In this document: piece by piece, positions 49,750 through 63,417 of the stretch | How the letters are laid out: each line of letters starts with the position of its first letter | How positions within the stretch are numbered: position 1 is the first letter of the stretch | Origin: Heterodontus francisci | Taxonomy: Eukaryota | Length of the DNA stretch: 64,000 bases | Assembly: GCF_036365525.1 (NCBI RefSeq) | Contig: NC_090382.1 | Span: forward strand, 109,774,372-109,838,371 | Direction: 5' to 3' | Made by a program: the position numbers and the translations under genes | The notes under the pieces: generated by a model | Databases searched by the model: none | Seen by the model: only the letters and a program-made list of their open reading frames with translations | What the model was told of the DNA's origin: nothing

Positions 49750-51590
49750 ATCATAGAATAGTTACAGCTCAGCGGAGGCCATTTGACCTGTTGTGTTTGA
49801 GCTGGCTCTCTGCAAGAGCAGCTCAGCTCGTCCCACTGCCCTGCACTTTCCACGTTGCCCTGCAAATTTTTTCTCTTCCAATGCTTATCCAATTCCTTTT
49901 TAAAAGCCCTGATTGTTTCTGCCTCCACCACACTCTCAACCAGTGCATTCCAGATCTTAGCCACACATTGCATAAAAAAAAGTTTTTCTTCATGTCACTG
50001 TTGTTTCTTTTGCCAGTCACCCTATATCAGTGTCCTCTGGTTCTTGACCCTTTCGCCAATGGGAACAGTTTCACTCTCTACTCTGTCTAGACCCCTCGCG
50101 ATTTTGAACACCTGTATCAAATCTTCTCTCAACTTTCTCTTTGCTAAAGAGAACAAACCCAGCTTCTCCAATCTATCCTCATAACTGAAGTCCCACATCC
50201 CTAGAACCATTCCCATAAACCTTTTCTGCAACCTCTCTAAAACCTCACATCCTTCCTAAAGTGTAGTGCCCAGAATTGAATACACTACTCCAGTTGAGGC
50301 CAAGCCAGTGTTTTGGAAAGGTTTGTCATAACATCCTTGCTTTTGTACTCTATGCCTTTATTAATAAAGCCTAGGATCCATCTGCCTTTGTAACCACTTT
50401 CTCAATCTGTTCTGCCACCTTCAATGATTTGTGCACATATACTCCCAGGTCTCTTTGTTCCTGCACCCACTTTTGAATTGTGCTCTTTAGATTATATTGC
50501 GCCTCCTTGTTCTTCCTGCCAAAATGTATGACTTAACACTTTGCTGCATTACATTTCATCTGCCACGTGTCCACTCATTCCACCAGCCTGTCTATATCCT
50601 CTCGAAGTCTATCACTATCCTCCTCGCAGTTCACAATAGTTCCAAGTTTTGTTTCATCTGCAAGTTTTGAAATTGTGCCCTGCACACCCAAATCTAAGAC
50701 ACTAATATAAATTGAGAAAAGCGGTGTTCCTAGTACCGATCCCTGGGGCACCCCACTGATGCCATCCTCCAGTCCGAAAAACAACTGTCCACCCCTGCTC
50801 TCTGTTTCCTGTTGCTCAACCAACTTCGTGTTCATGCTGCCACAGCCATTTTATTCCATGGGCTTCCACTTTGCTACTTTATCAAATGCCTTTTGGAAGT
50901 CCATCCACACCACATCAACCACATTGCCCTCACCAAACATCTTTGTTATCTCATCAAAAAAACTTAATCAACTTAGTTAAACATGAAATAAAAACAAAGT
51001 GCTGGAAATACTCAGCAGATCTGGCAGGATCTTTGGAGAGAGAAGCGGAGTTAATGTTTCGGGTTTGTGACCTTTCATCTGCTTCTCTGTCCACAGATGC
51101 TGCCAGATTGCTGAGTATTTCCAACACTGTTTTTATTTCAGATTTCCGGCATCCGCAGTGTTTTGCTTTTATTTTAGTTAAACATGGTTTGTCTTTGTCT
51201 TTAACAAATCCGTGCTGGCATTCCTTAATTAATCCGCGCTTGTCCAAGTAACTATTAATTTTGTCCTGGATTATCATCTCTTACAACTTTCCTACCACTG
51301 AGGTTAAACTGACTGGCCTGGAGTTGCTGGATTTATCCTTGCACCTATTTTGAATAAGGGTGTAATATTTGCAATTTTCCAGTCCTCTGGCACTACCCCT
51401 GTATATAAGGAGGATTGGAAGATTATGGCCAGCATCTCTGCAATTTCCTTCCATACTTCTCTCCGCATCCTCAGATGCATTCCATCTGGTCCTGGTGACT
51501 TATCAACTTTAAGTACAGCCAGCATTTCTAATACCTCCACTTTATTAATTTTTAGCCCATCCAGTATCTTAACTATTACCTCTTTCACTG
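49750..51590 (-). mobile_element. Decayed CR1 RT/3' part
   Basis: [25 protein letters not shown] and EDRLEKLGLFSL remnants. Confidence 0.85.
50986..51173. mobile_element. Inverted-repeat Penelope-like insertion with 13-bp TSD
   Basis: Two opposed partial copies, flanked by TTAGTTAAACATG at 50973-50985 and 51174-51186. Confidence 0.8.
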
Positions 51591-52073
51591 ACTTGGGCAG
51601 CAAGGAGGAGAATTTTTCCTGTGCAGTGAGTTGTTGTGATCTGGAATGCATTGCCTGAAAGGGTGATGGAAGAAGATTTAATAATTTTCAAAAGTGAATT
51701 GAATATAAACTTGAAATGAAAAATTAGGACTACGGGGAAAGTAGTGGGGGTGGGGGGGGGGACTTTTGGCCACCTTTTGTGCTGTATGATTCTATTCTGT
51801 GGCCCTCCTCTGAAACGTCAGCCTATTTTCTTGGGTGCTGACTGACCTGTGCAATTTCTTATTCAAAGAATAACTTTGAATAAAGAAATGTGTGTGCTTC
51901 TTGACAATCGTCTAATTCAGTCTTATAAATTTGCAGAGAAAGGTAAGACGAGAGATGCATATTTCCGTACTTGGAAAGAAAACAATGGCCGATCTGAACA
52001 ATTTTATGCAGTAGGAATTTTGAAGTAACTTGTGACTCGTTCCACATCTTAAGGCTTTCTGTTTCTGTTTTAG

Positions 52074-52197
52074 CAAAGCCTCCGGTACCGATCAAACGTG
52101 AGCTCCTACGTCACAGAGATTATAAAGTGGATTTGGAATCAAAATTGGGAAAGACCATAGTCATCACAAAGACAACGCCGCAGTCTGAAATGGGAGG
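52074..52197 (+). CDS. zmat2: zmat2 coding exon 3
   Basis: ttttag|(A)[40 protein letters not shown]|gtaagt. Confidence 0.97.
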
Positions 52198-52639
52198 GTA
52201 AGTGCTGTGTTTCACTCTCCATTTCTTTTCTCTTTCCTCCTCTGAAGATACTGTCTATGACTGGGGGATTGTGTTGGGGGCACTGTTACAGCAGTGCTGT
52301 ACCACCTACTCTCCACCACCCCCCGCCCCCTTCCTGCTACCTCAAACCAGTGATCACTCTATATGTCTAGGGCTGATGCTGACTGGCCTGTACTGTTCCC
52401 TGTTGTCTTTTTGAAGACATAATTTGTAGATTAGGAATTAGGATAAATTAGTCCTGCAGTCCACGTGGACTACGTGTCAACCATGGCTCAGTGGGTATCA
52501 CTCTCGTTGCCGAGTTAGAAGGTTGTGTGCTCCAGTCCCCAATGTAGAGGCATTCTAACTTTACTGAAACAATTAATGAATCAACAGTGGCCCACATGCA
52601 GTAGAGAATAGACTGAGCGCATGAGTCTTGCACGCCCAT

Positions 52640-54025
52640 GCAGTAGGGATCTAACTCCATTATTATTTAAGAAAAGTGAGAGAGAGAAACCGAGAAATTA
52701 TAGAGCTATTAGTCTAACATTTGTTGTGGAAAAGTTATTGGACTCTCTAATTAAGGATAGATTGGATGAACACTTGGAGAAATTTGAGAGCCAACTTGAA
52801 TTTGTGAAGGATAGGTCATGTCTGTTGAACCTAATTACATTTTTTGAGGAACTAACTAAAATAGTAGATGGGGAAATGGATGTAGTTTATAGGGAAATCC
52901 AGAGGCATTTGGTAAGGTTCCACATAAAAGATTGTTGGCTAAAGTTAAAGCTCATGGAATAGAAGGCAAATTATTGACCTGGTTAGGAGATTGGTTAAGT
53001 GGTAGAAGCCAGAGTAGAGATGACGGTATGTACTCAAATTGGAAGAAAGTGCTGAGTGGTGGCCCACGAGGATCTCTACTGGGCCCTCGACTATTCACTA
53101 TATTTATTAATTCCGATAGTAGAATAGAGAACCATCATATCCAAATTTGTTGATGACAAAGATTGCTGGCTTGGTAAGTAGTGTAGATGGGAGCATAAAA
53201 TCACAAACAGACATTGATAGATTAAGTGAGAGGGCAAAACTGTGGCAAATGGATTTCAGTGCAGGCAAGTGTGAGGCCTTCCATTTTGGACCAAAAAAGG
53301 ATAGATCTGAATATTTTTTTTTTTAAATGGTGAAAAGCTAGGAACAGTGAAGGTCTAATGAGATTTCAGGGTCCGTATACACACATCACTAAAATGTAGT
53401 ATTGGGAACAAAACAAATCAGGCTAATGGAATTTTGGTCTTTATAACTAGACGGATAGAATATAAAGAGGAAGAAGTTTGTCACAGCTATGCAAAGCCCT
53501 GGTTAGACCACATGTGGAGTACTGTGTACAGGCCTGGGCACCTTGGTTTAGAAAGGGTTTATTGGCCTTGGAAGGAGTGCAGCATAGATTCACCAGAATG
53601 TTTAGCAGTGCTCCAAGGGTTAAATTATGAGGAGAAATTAGATAAGCAAGGCTTGTATTCCCTGGAATTTTGAAGGTTAAAGGGTGATTTGATTGAGGTT
53701 GTTTGGATATTGAAACAAATTGAATAGGGTAGATAGAAACTTTTTCTGTTGGTAGGGGAGTTTAGGACAAAGGCTGCAACCTTAAAACCAGACAGTAGTT
53801 AACAAACACATCTTCACAAAAGGTGATAGAATTGTGGAATTCTCCAATGAAATGCTGTAGATGCTAGCTCAATTAATAATTTTACATGAGATCAACAGAT
53901 TTTTACTAGCCAAGTGCATAAAAGGATATGGCACCAATGCGGGTGGATGGAGTTAGAATGACATGATCTCACTGAATGATGGAACAGGCTCAACGGGCTG
54001 AATGGCCTCCTCCTGTTCCTATGGA
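52640..54025 (+). mobile_element. Decayed CR1 RT/3' part
   Basis: NYRAISLT and GSLLGPRLF remnants; CCTGTTCCTATG tail. Confidence 0.8.
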
Positions 54026-54125
54026 TCATGAAACCGTATAACTGTAAACTACTTGGGCAAAAGTGATTTCTTTTTTCCACTGTCTCGATCTTACTGCTGA
54101 TTTTGTGTATGGTTTCTCTCGACAG

Positions 54126-54199
54126 ATATTATTGCAATGTCTGTGACTGTGTAGTGAAAGATTCCATCAATTTCCTGGATCACATCAATGGCAAAAAAC
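54126..54199 (+). CDS. zmat2: zmat2 coding exon 4 (matrin/U1-type Zn finger)
   Basis: gacag|(G)[24 protein letters not shown]|gtaagt. Confidence 0.97.
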
Positions 54200-56062
54200 G
54201 TAAGTGAAACAGTACAAGAACGGGTGGCAGATGACAGCAGTGTAGCTGTAGTTCATTGTGTTGTTGGAGAACCTGTTAAGTGTAACCTGGCTGTGCACAA
54301 TTGTACAGAATTGTCACTGAGTCTGTTTGTTTGATCCGGTGGTGACAATACACATAGGGGAAGAAAACACTCAACATTGTGCAATGTTCTTAATTCAGCA
54401 GGAGGGTCAGTAACCACAGGACACCGATTTAAGATAATTGGCAGAAGGACCAGAGGCACGATGAGAAATTTTTCATGCAGCGATTTGCCATGATCGGGAA
54501 TGCACTGTCTGAAGGGGAAGTGGAAAGAGATTCAATAGTAACTTTCAAAAGGGAATTGGACAAATACTTGAAGAGGAAAATTTTGCTGGGCTTTGGGGAA
54601 GGGGCAGGGAGTGGGATTAATTGGATAGCTTTTTCACAGAGCCAGTGTAGGCACTTAGAACCAAATAGCTGCCTCCTATGCTGCATGAGTCTATGGCCCA
54701 GATTGCTCCCACCAGCAAAGACAGACCTGGAATCCACAGTACTTCATGCTGGTTTTATAAAGAATCTATCACCAGGTACAAGCAATGTGTAGAAGGACAG
54801 TGTGCTTTGGTACAATTCTGGTGGCAGCACCACCTCGTGACGTCAAAGTCTATGAAATCTCTGAGCTGTGCCTGTTCAGTGATACTTAACAATGCCATCC
54901 AGATGAATTTGTGGGTGCGCTGAAATAAAATGGTCCTTTATATCAGTTGTAAGAACTGAGAAATTTGGTGTTGGGAGAGACAGTGGGGTGGAGGTCACAG
55001 CGGTGGGAGAGATAGCTTGGGCATCACGGTGAGAGAAGCAGGAACTGGTCATGGTGATGGGGGTGACAGGGCAGGGTGGCTTGGAGGGGGCGCCGGTAGT
55101 CACCATGATGTGAGAGGTCGAAGGGGTGGGGTTCACCATGATTTGAGAAGAATGAAAGGTGCTGATCACGGTTCTGAGAGGATTAGGAAGCTTGTGATCA
55201 TGTGGAGGAGGAGGCAGCAGCAGGGGAAGGGGAGTGAGTAGAAGAGACATTTCCCTGGATATCAGATGAGAGGGAGATGCTAGTGAGGAGAATAAGGTCA
55301 CTAAGGATATAAAAGCAACGTGAGGTATGGATCTCTCAATGAAAGTGAGGGAATGTAATTGGGCCGAATGGTGCTTGAGGATTGGGGACTCTTTCTGTTG
55401 CTGATAGATTTTCCTGCATTTTTGACCTGGAAGGATTCTAGATCATTGAGGGTTAACACGATTTTGTTTTGGAGCAGCTTTTCTCTTCCTTGCCTTTTCT
55501 CTGTTCTTGTCCCCTCTGTTGGGGTATGGTTCCATAATGCATGTCATCTCGCGTTCTCGAACAAAGGGGCCATTCTTCACCTGTGAATTTAAGCAGCAAA
55601 ATAATTAGATCTTTGGTGGGGATGGGGTGGGCGGGTGCTGCGCGGGAAAGGAATCACAAACAACTTTGATGCTGTCCTCACTGAGGCCAGTCATGTACAT
55701 TGTCCAGCTGGGAGAGTGAATCCCAGCTGATTATCACCCACTCCACCACGACCTCCACCATCACCACATTGTACAGGCACTGAGGCCAATTCTAGCACAT
55801 TGCCATGTTGGAATTGGCTAACTTTAAAGGCACCAGGGATCAAAGTTTGATGTGCAGGTGTGTATGGATTCAGTACTACACCAGTCAGGACCTTTTGAGT
55901 ATTAGCCCATGAAAGAAAGTTGGGGAGCATAAACACACCAGGTGGTAGTGCACACTGTTTTATGGTCTGTAGGATTCGGAGAACTGGTGATCCCCAGTTA
56001 TTTTACCCCATAATAAACATGGAACAACCCATATTGGATCAGATGATACAGCACTTGCCTTT

Positions 56063-57565
56063 TAGAACATTACAGCGCAGTACAGGCCCTTCGGCCCTCG
56101 ATGTTGCGCCGACCTGTGAAACCATCTGACCTACACTATTCCATTTTCATCCATATGTCTATCCAATGACCACTTAAATGCCCTTAAAGTTGGCGAGTCT
56201 ACTACTGTTGCAGGCAGGGCGTTCCACGCCCCTACTACTCTCTGAGTAAAGAAACTACCTCTGACATCTGTCCTATATCTATCACCCCTCAACTTAAAGC
56301 TATGTCCCCTCGTGTTTGCCATCACCATCCGAGGAAAAAGACTCTCGCTATCCACCCTATCTAACCCTCTGATTATCTTATATGTCTCTATTAAGTCACC
56401 TCTCCTCCTCCTTCTCTCCAACGAAAACAACCTCAAGTCCCTCAGCCTTTCCTCGTAAGACCTTCCCTCCATACCAGGCAACATCCTAGTAAATCTCCTC
56501 TGCACCCTTTCCATAGCTTCCACATCCTTCCTATAATGCGGTGACCAGAACTGCACGCAATACTCCAGGTGCGGTCTCACCAGAGTTCTGTACAGCTGCA
56601 GCATGACCTCGTGGCTCCGAAACTCGATCCCCCTACTAATAAAAGCTAACACACCATATGCCTTCTTAACAGCCCTATTAACCTGGGTAGCAACTTTCAG
56701 GGATTTATGCACCTGGACACCAAGATCTCTCTGTTCATCTACACTACCAAGAATCTTCCCATTAGCCCAGTACTCTGCATTCCTGTTACTCCTTCCAAAG
56801 TGAATCACCTCACACTTTTCCGCATTAAACTCCATTTGCCATCTCTCAGCCCAGCTCTGCAGCCTATCTATGTCCCTCTGTACCCTACAACATCCTTCGA
56901 CACTATCCACAACTCCACCGACCTTCGTGTCATCCGCAAATTTACTAACCCACCCTTCTACACCCTCTTCCAGGTCATTTATAAAAATGACAAACAGCAG
57001 TGGCCCCAAAACAGATCCTTGCGGTACACCACTAGTAACTAAACTCCAGGATGAACATTTGCCATCAACCACCACCCTCTTGTCTTCTTTCAGCTAGCCA
57101 ATTTCTGATCCAAAGCTCTAAATCACCTTCAACCCCATACTTCCGTATTTTCTGCAATAGCCTACCATGGGGAACCTTATCAAACGCCTTACTGAAATCC
57201 ATATACACCACATCCACTGCTTTACCCTCATCCACCTGTTTGGTCACCTTCTCGAAAAACTCAATAAGGTTTGTGAGGCACGACCTACCCTTCAGAAAAC
57301 CGTGCTGACTATCTCTAATGAACTTATTCTTTTCAAGATGATTATAAATCCTATCTCTTATAACCTTTTCCAACATTTTACCCTCAACCGAAGTAAGGCT
57401 CACAGGTCTATAATTACCAGGGCTGTCTCTACTCCCCTTCTTGAACAAGGGGACAACATTTGCTATCCTCCAGTCTTCCGGCACTATTCCTGTCGACAAT
57501 GACAACATAAAGATCAAGGACAAAGGCTCTGCAATCTCCTCCCTAGCTTCCCAGAGAATCCTAGG
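56063..57565 (-). mobile_element. 5'-truncated young CR1 (HER1-type)
   Basis: ORFs 57065-57523 and 56131-57075 (one frameshift) closely resemble ORF2 of the 21246 element. Confidence 0.92.
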
Positions 57566-59444
57566 CCTTGAAATATATATTTTTCTGATTTCTACATTAA
57601 ATAAATCAAAAGAAACCTAATGGCTTGGCAGAATCCCATGAGATAAAAATCCATTGTTAAGCTGGAGTACTTTGTCATGCTGTTGAAGACAGTTTGTTTA
57701 TTTTATAGAATTGGTTGCCTGTTCACAGTGGAAATTGGATCCAGTTCAGTGCTATTTAGAAGCAAAATTAAATCTCCAGAGTGTTCAAAAAGCACGTTCC
57801 AGTGGAACTAGGATACATTCTGGGGCCTGGACGTTACATTCTAGTCAGGCACAGGGCGTTTACTGGCGATTACAGTGGGACAGGAGATGAATTGAGAACC
57901 TAATCCAAATCCCATGTGCTTGAGATGACGATTTTATATTAGTGTGTGCGCCTGAGACAGTTTAAGCTGAGCATCAGTGTGGTGTGTTCCAATTCATGAA
58001 AGAATTACAGGATCTCATTTAAATTAGACACTTTTACTTAATTGACAATCTTTGGTTGCTTTTGTCAAGGGTTTTATAAAAGTTTCCATCGACCCCCCCC
58101 TAACCTACCAGAGACAGCAATGGGCAGTGTCATCTAGTCACAACATCTTTCCTATTAGGAGTTTGTATAAATAGCAGCAGCAGGCGTTTTAACTAAACTG
58201 ATAAAAGGTGGGTTTGTAAAACTCCTGGGAGGAGCGATAGAAATATTGAAATCTCTGCACTTGGTTTTATATAGATTTATATTTCCTTTTATTTAAACAA
58301 GGGTAAATCAGCCCTTTTTCAACAGTGCACAATCAGCATCAGAAACTAGAAATCTTGTGCCAACTGTTTGAGAATGATGCAGCCCATCGTGCCTGAGCCA
58401 GCTCTTTGAAAGAGCTATCCAATTAAAGCCACTCCTCCTGCTCTTGCCCTCCTGCAGATTTTTCACCATCCAAGTATATATCCAATTGCATTTTTGAAAG
58501 TTACTATTGAATCTGCTTCCACACCCTTTCAACCAGTGCATACAGATCATAACAATTTCTGGATTAGTACAAGGCACTATGCCACTTATGTCAGGGGATA
58601 GACCAAATGCACCAGTTAACTCACCTCATTGTGGAGAGATGTGGGATTTAAAAGGTTTGAACTCTTGTGTTACTGTGACCTCTTTTCCACTTGTAAGGTG
58701 ATCAAAATGGCCAGTAGTGAAACTGAAGATGAGGAAATTCTTTGCCTTTTATCGTAGTATATGTAGGGACAGGATAGACCATTCAGCCCCTCAAGCTGGT
58801 TCCACCATTGTGCCCTTTGAGCCATTTCCACCATTTAGTTAGACCATGGCTGATCTGTATCTTAACCCTGTTTACCCACCTCGTTCCATAACCCTTGCCT
58901 AAAAACAATCTTTCGATCTCAGTTTGAAATTTCAATTGACCGCCGCTTCAACAGCTTTTTGGAGGAGAGAGCTCCAGATTTCCACTACCCTTTGTGTGAA
59001 GAAGTGCTTCCTGACATCATAAATGGCCTAGCTCTGTAAGGTTGTACCCTCTTGTTCTGGACTCTAACCAGAGGAAATATATTCTCTCTCTCTACCCTAT
59101 TAAACCATTTTATCACTTTAAATATCTCTGTTAGATCAGCCTTCAACCACCTATACTCTAGGAAATACAAATTATGTTTATGCAACCTGTCCTCATTAAC
59201 CATTTAAGTCTCGTATCATTCTGGTCAAGCTGCGTTGCACTGACTGCCCTCAGCCCAAGACTAATTCTCACGTGCGGCGCCAGAACTGAACGTCCTACTG
59301 ATTACGACTAGGGTGCAATTAATATGTATTTTCGTTATTCTTGTTTTTCTCTTAACGTGTGATTTGTGCACTTGTGAATGGTGCCTGAAGGCCAGTGAGT
59401 TCTGTTATCGAACGCAGTTTGATGATGCTGTTTTTGCTCGGCAG

Positions 59445-59590
59445 ACCAAAGGAATCTGGGGATGTCGATGAAGGTGGAACGTTCGACGCTGGACCAAGTA
59501 AAGAAACGTTTTGAGGTCAATAAAAAGAAAATTGAGGAAAAGCAAAAGGAGTACGATTTTGAGGAGCGCATGAAGGAGCTCCGGGAGGAG
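59445..59590 (+). CDS. zmat2: zmat2 coding exon 5
   Basis: ggcag|(H)QRNLGMSMKVERSTLDQVKKRFEVNKKKIEEKQKEYDFEERMKELREE|gtgaga. Confidence 0.97.
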
Positions 59591-60388
59591 GTGAGACTCA
59601 TAGGGGATTGATGGCAACTCAGTTACATTTGTCATAAGTGCTTAATTGTGTGGTTATTTTATATCATGTTGGCAAATCCATAGAGGAAACTGGATGTCCT
59701 GGTCAATACTTATCCCTCAACCAATATCACCAAAAAAATAGATTGTCTGGTCATTATCTCATTGCTGGTTGTGGGAGCTTGCTGTGTGCAAATTGGCTGC
59801 CACATTTCCAACGCAACAGCAGTGATTACACTTCAAAACAAGCATTTATTTAGCTGTAAAGTTCTTTGAGATGACATGAGGTTGTGAAAGGTGCTATACA
59901 AATGCAAGTTAATTTTTTTTTTTGTTCCCTACTCTTGACTGCTCAAATTGAATCTTAACTTTTTGATGTTGAGGTTTATTCTGGTACTCAGTACTTTACT
60001 GGAGCTTCATCAATGGTTCACTTGAGTCCAGCACTGAACTAAGCTGTACACACCAGTAAGGTCTTGGCTTCAATCCCTGCTCTGTGCTGAGTTAGCTAAT
60101 CTTGCTTACTGAGGAATCTGCCACAGTCTCAGCTCTGCTTGCCATCCAGCGAGTCCTCCTGAAAGTGCACTATTGGGTAGAGGTCAGATTGGGATTTACA
60201 GTGATGGAATAATTTGCTTGGCACTCACTTGGGAAGAGTGGTGACTGAGCTGATCCCAATGGAACTGAATCCCCAACATGAGTCAGTGTCATGCAGGAGA
60301 GGAGGAGAGAGAAACTGGAGCATAGTATTATCCTGAGGATTATGGAATAATGCACCAGGAATGAATTGGAGCAAAGTAATAAAGAACT

Positions 60389-61518
60389 CAAGCACCGCTG
60401 ACTCAGTAGTGTGTATAAGCTGGGGATGTTGGCCGCCTCGAGGACATCTGTGTTGGAGATACGGTCCTGCCACCTGATGCCAAGGATTCTCTGGAGGCAG
60501 CGAAGATGGGATGAATTGAGACGTCGCTCTTGGTTGACATACGTTGTCCAGGCCTCGCTGCCGTAGAGCAAGGTACTGAGGACACAGGCTTGATACACTC
60601 GGACTTTTGTGTTCCATGTCAGTGCGCCATTTTCCCACACTCTCTTGGCCAGTCTGGACATAGCAGTGGAAGCCTTTCCCATGCGCTTATTGATTTCTGC
60701 ATCGAGATACAGGTTACTGGTGATAGTTGAGCCTAGGTAGGTGAACTCTTGAACCACTTCCAGAGCGTGGTCGCCGATATTGATGGATGGAGCATTTCTG
60801 ATGTCCTGTCCCATGATGTTCGTTTTCTTGAGGCTGATGGTTCGGCCAAATTCGTTGCAGGCAGCTGCAATCCGGTCGATGAGTCTTTGCAGACACTCTT
60901 CAGTGTGAGATGTTAAAGCAGCATCATTGGCAAAGAGGAGTTCTCTGATGAGGACTTTCCGTACTTTGGTCTTCGCTCTTAGATGGGCAAGGTTGAACAA
61001 CCTGCCACCTGATCTTGTGTGGAGGAAAATTCCTTTTTCTGAAGACTTGAACGCTTGAGATGGCTTGGCCATGTGAGCCGCATGGAAGATGGCAGGATCC
61101 CCAAGGACACATTGTATAGCGAGCTCGCCACTGGTATCAGACCCACCGGCCGTCCATGTCTCCGCTTTAAAGACGTCTGCAAACGCGACATGAAGTCCTG
61201 TGACATTGATCACAAGTCGTGGGAGTCAGTTGCCAGCGATCGCCAGAGCTGGCGGGCAGCCATAAAGGCGGAGCTAAAGTGTGGCGAGTCGAAGAGACTT
61301 AGCAGTTGGCAGGAAAAAAGACAGAAGCTCAAAGGGAGAGCCAACTGTGTAACAGCCCCGACAACCAATTTTGTCTGCAGCACCTGTGGAAGAGTCTGTC
61401 ACTCTAGTATTGGCATTTATAGTCACGCCAGGCGCTGCTCCACAAACCACTGACCGCCTCCAGGCGCTTACCCATTGTCTCCCGAGACAAGGAGGCCAAA
61501 GTAGAAGAAAAAAAAAAG
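60389..61518. mobile_element. RTE-clade LINE, 5'-truncated with inverted 5' segment
   Basis: Minus 60389-61051 encodes RT (RELLFANDAAL, FTYLGS, LLYGSEAW). Plus 61052-61518 encodes RWLGHVSRM...CSTC..H and an A-rich tail. TSD AATAAAGAACT. Confidence 0.9.
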
Positions 61519-62786
61519 AATAAAGAACTAATGCTTTAAACACAGAAAATACAGAATTGTTAAATCAGTGTTAATATTTCGAGTGGCAACCCTCCCAACA
61601 GAACTTGAAGTGCTTGCATGTCTTCTCTTTCAGAGACTGACAGCACTGTTGCATATTTGCAGTGGTTTCTTTTTCTTTGATTTCTGGTATTTTACAGCCT
61701 TTCCTTTTATATCCATCTCTTCCAAAATCATGTTTTCACTTGTGGATGAGACCAAAACTGGGGCCCATAAGTATAAGATGGTCACTAATATCTCCAATAG
61801 GAAATTCAGGAGAACCTCCACTCTCTTCGCACCCCACTCTCTCCCCCCACCCCCCCCCCCCCCCGGCCCAGGCATGATATAAATTCTAAGATGATTCTCT
61901 CTTTTGCCAGGTATGCTTCAATGCTCTAAAGGAATAATTTTATTCTGATGCTAACATAGATGTATTTTTTTGACTGTAAATACTGTCTCTGCTGCTTTGA
62001 GTCCAGAAGGTGTCTGCGGCAAAACCAGAGTGAATTTGTTAGCAGATCTCCCACTGCCATAATTAACATCAACTCTTGTGTTATCAGTTTTGGAGAAGTG
62101 AGGATTACAAGTAATAGTACAAGTGTGTGTATGTTCTGGGGAGATGGGGGAAGAGCAGAAATTCTGGTTCATTGTATTGAAGGTCTTTTTAAAAGTCTTA
62201 TTGACTTTGTTTAAATCAGAAAATTATAGGATTTTGTCTCAGCTTGCCATGAAGATGCAGTGAAGCAAAACTTGCATTAAACAGTCCTGGCTTCTTGGGT
62301 TTGACAAATGAAGAGGCAAAAGGAGACAAAATTAGTTTCCCTTCACTTGTGCAATTAGCAGTGGTGGGAACATGCCGAATTGTGAAATTGGATTTGATTG
62401 AATTTGCTTATTTTGTGAGCTGCAAAAAAAAAAAATTGAGTGTTGCCAGATCATCGTAAAAACTCAACTGGATCGCTAATGCTTTTCAGAATTTGGATTT
62501 GTGCTTTTCACAGAACCATGGATGGAATCACAGAATGTAATTTACCTGTATACCCACTCCACCCCACTCAAACAAAAACTCTGGCAAAAGTCTAGCAATT
62601 CCAAGTAACAAAGCTGGAATTTGACTTAACCAGACAACATCAATCTGAGATTGTCAGACAGAATGTCATTTTTGAAAAATCAAATAAAATCCATAAACCA
62701 CTGGCCCTGCTGTTAAATCTTCCATTAGATTCCCCACTCTTCTTGCTTTGTTTTTTTTCTTTCTCTCTCTCTGTTTAATGATGGGA

Positions 62787-63140
62787 ATTTTAATATTGTC
62801 TTCAAATCCCACCATGGCCTTGCCCCTCCCTATCACCTCCTCCAGCCCTACAACCCTCCTTCGATATCTGCACCCCTTCCAATTCTGGCCTCTTGCGCAG
62901 GCCCAATTTTCATCACTGGCGGCTGTGCCTTGAGCTCTGGAATTCCTTCCATAAACCATTCTGGCTGTCCACCTCTCTCACTGCTCTTTTAGGATGTTCC
63001 TTAAAACCTACCGTTTTGACCAAGTCACCTGTCCTTATATGGCTTGGTGTCAAATTTTTGTCTGATTACACTCCTGTGAAATGTCTTGGGGGTCTTTTAC
63101 TATGTAAAAGGTTCTATATAAATGCAAGTTGTGTTGTTGT
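62787..63140 (+). mobile_element. L2-type LINE 3' end abutting the zmat2 last exon
   Basis: CATGGCCTTGCCCCTCCCTAT...AATTCTGGCCTCTTG, and tail TATATAAATGCAAGTTGTGTTGTTGT. Confidence 0.75.
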
Positions 63141-63142
63141 AG

Positions 63143-63286
63143 GAGGAGAAAGCTAAGGCATATCGGAAAGAGAAACTAAAGGAGAAGAAGCGGAAAGCAG
63201 AGGAGGAACTGACGTTTGAGGAGGACGACGAGATGGCGGCAGTGATGGGATTTTCCGGCTTTGGCTCATCAAAGAAGAGCAGCTGA
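63143..63286 (+). CDS. zmat2: zmat2 coding exon 6
   Basis: EEKAKAYRKEKLKEKKRKAEEELTFEEDDEMAAVMGFSGFGSSKKSS*. The exons sum to 600 nt, i.e. 199 aa plus stop. Confidence 0.97.
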   Translation, partial: EEKAKAYRKEKLKEKKRKAEEELTFEEDDEMAAVMGFSGFGSSKKSS

Positions 63287-63417
63287 CCAATCCCACCAGA
63301 CTGACGCAGGACATCCTTCTATTGACTCTTTTCTCTTCCCCCTTGCTGCCCCTTTTTATTTCTCCCCCACCCCAACCGAGTGGGATTGTGCACAGCGTGA
63401 ATGAAGATGTGTTTGTT

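Noticed and set aside
55934-55951. CTCF-like motif ACACCAGGTGGTAGTG
   Set aside because: A single imperfect short match with no supporting evidence.
60170-61213. 347-aa ORF as a novel gene
   Set aside because: It is the inverted RTE RT segment with non-coding read-through at both ends.
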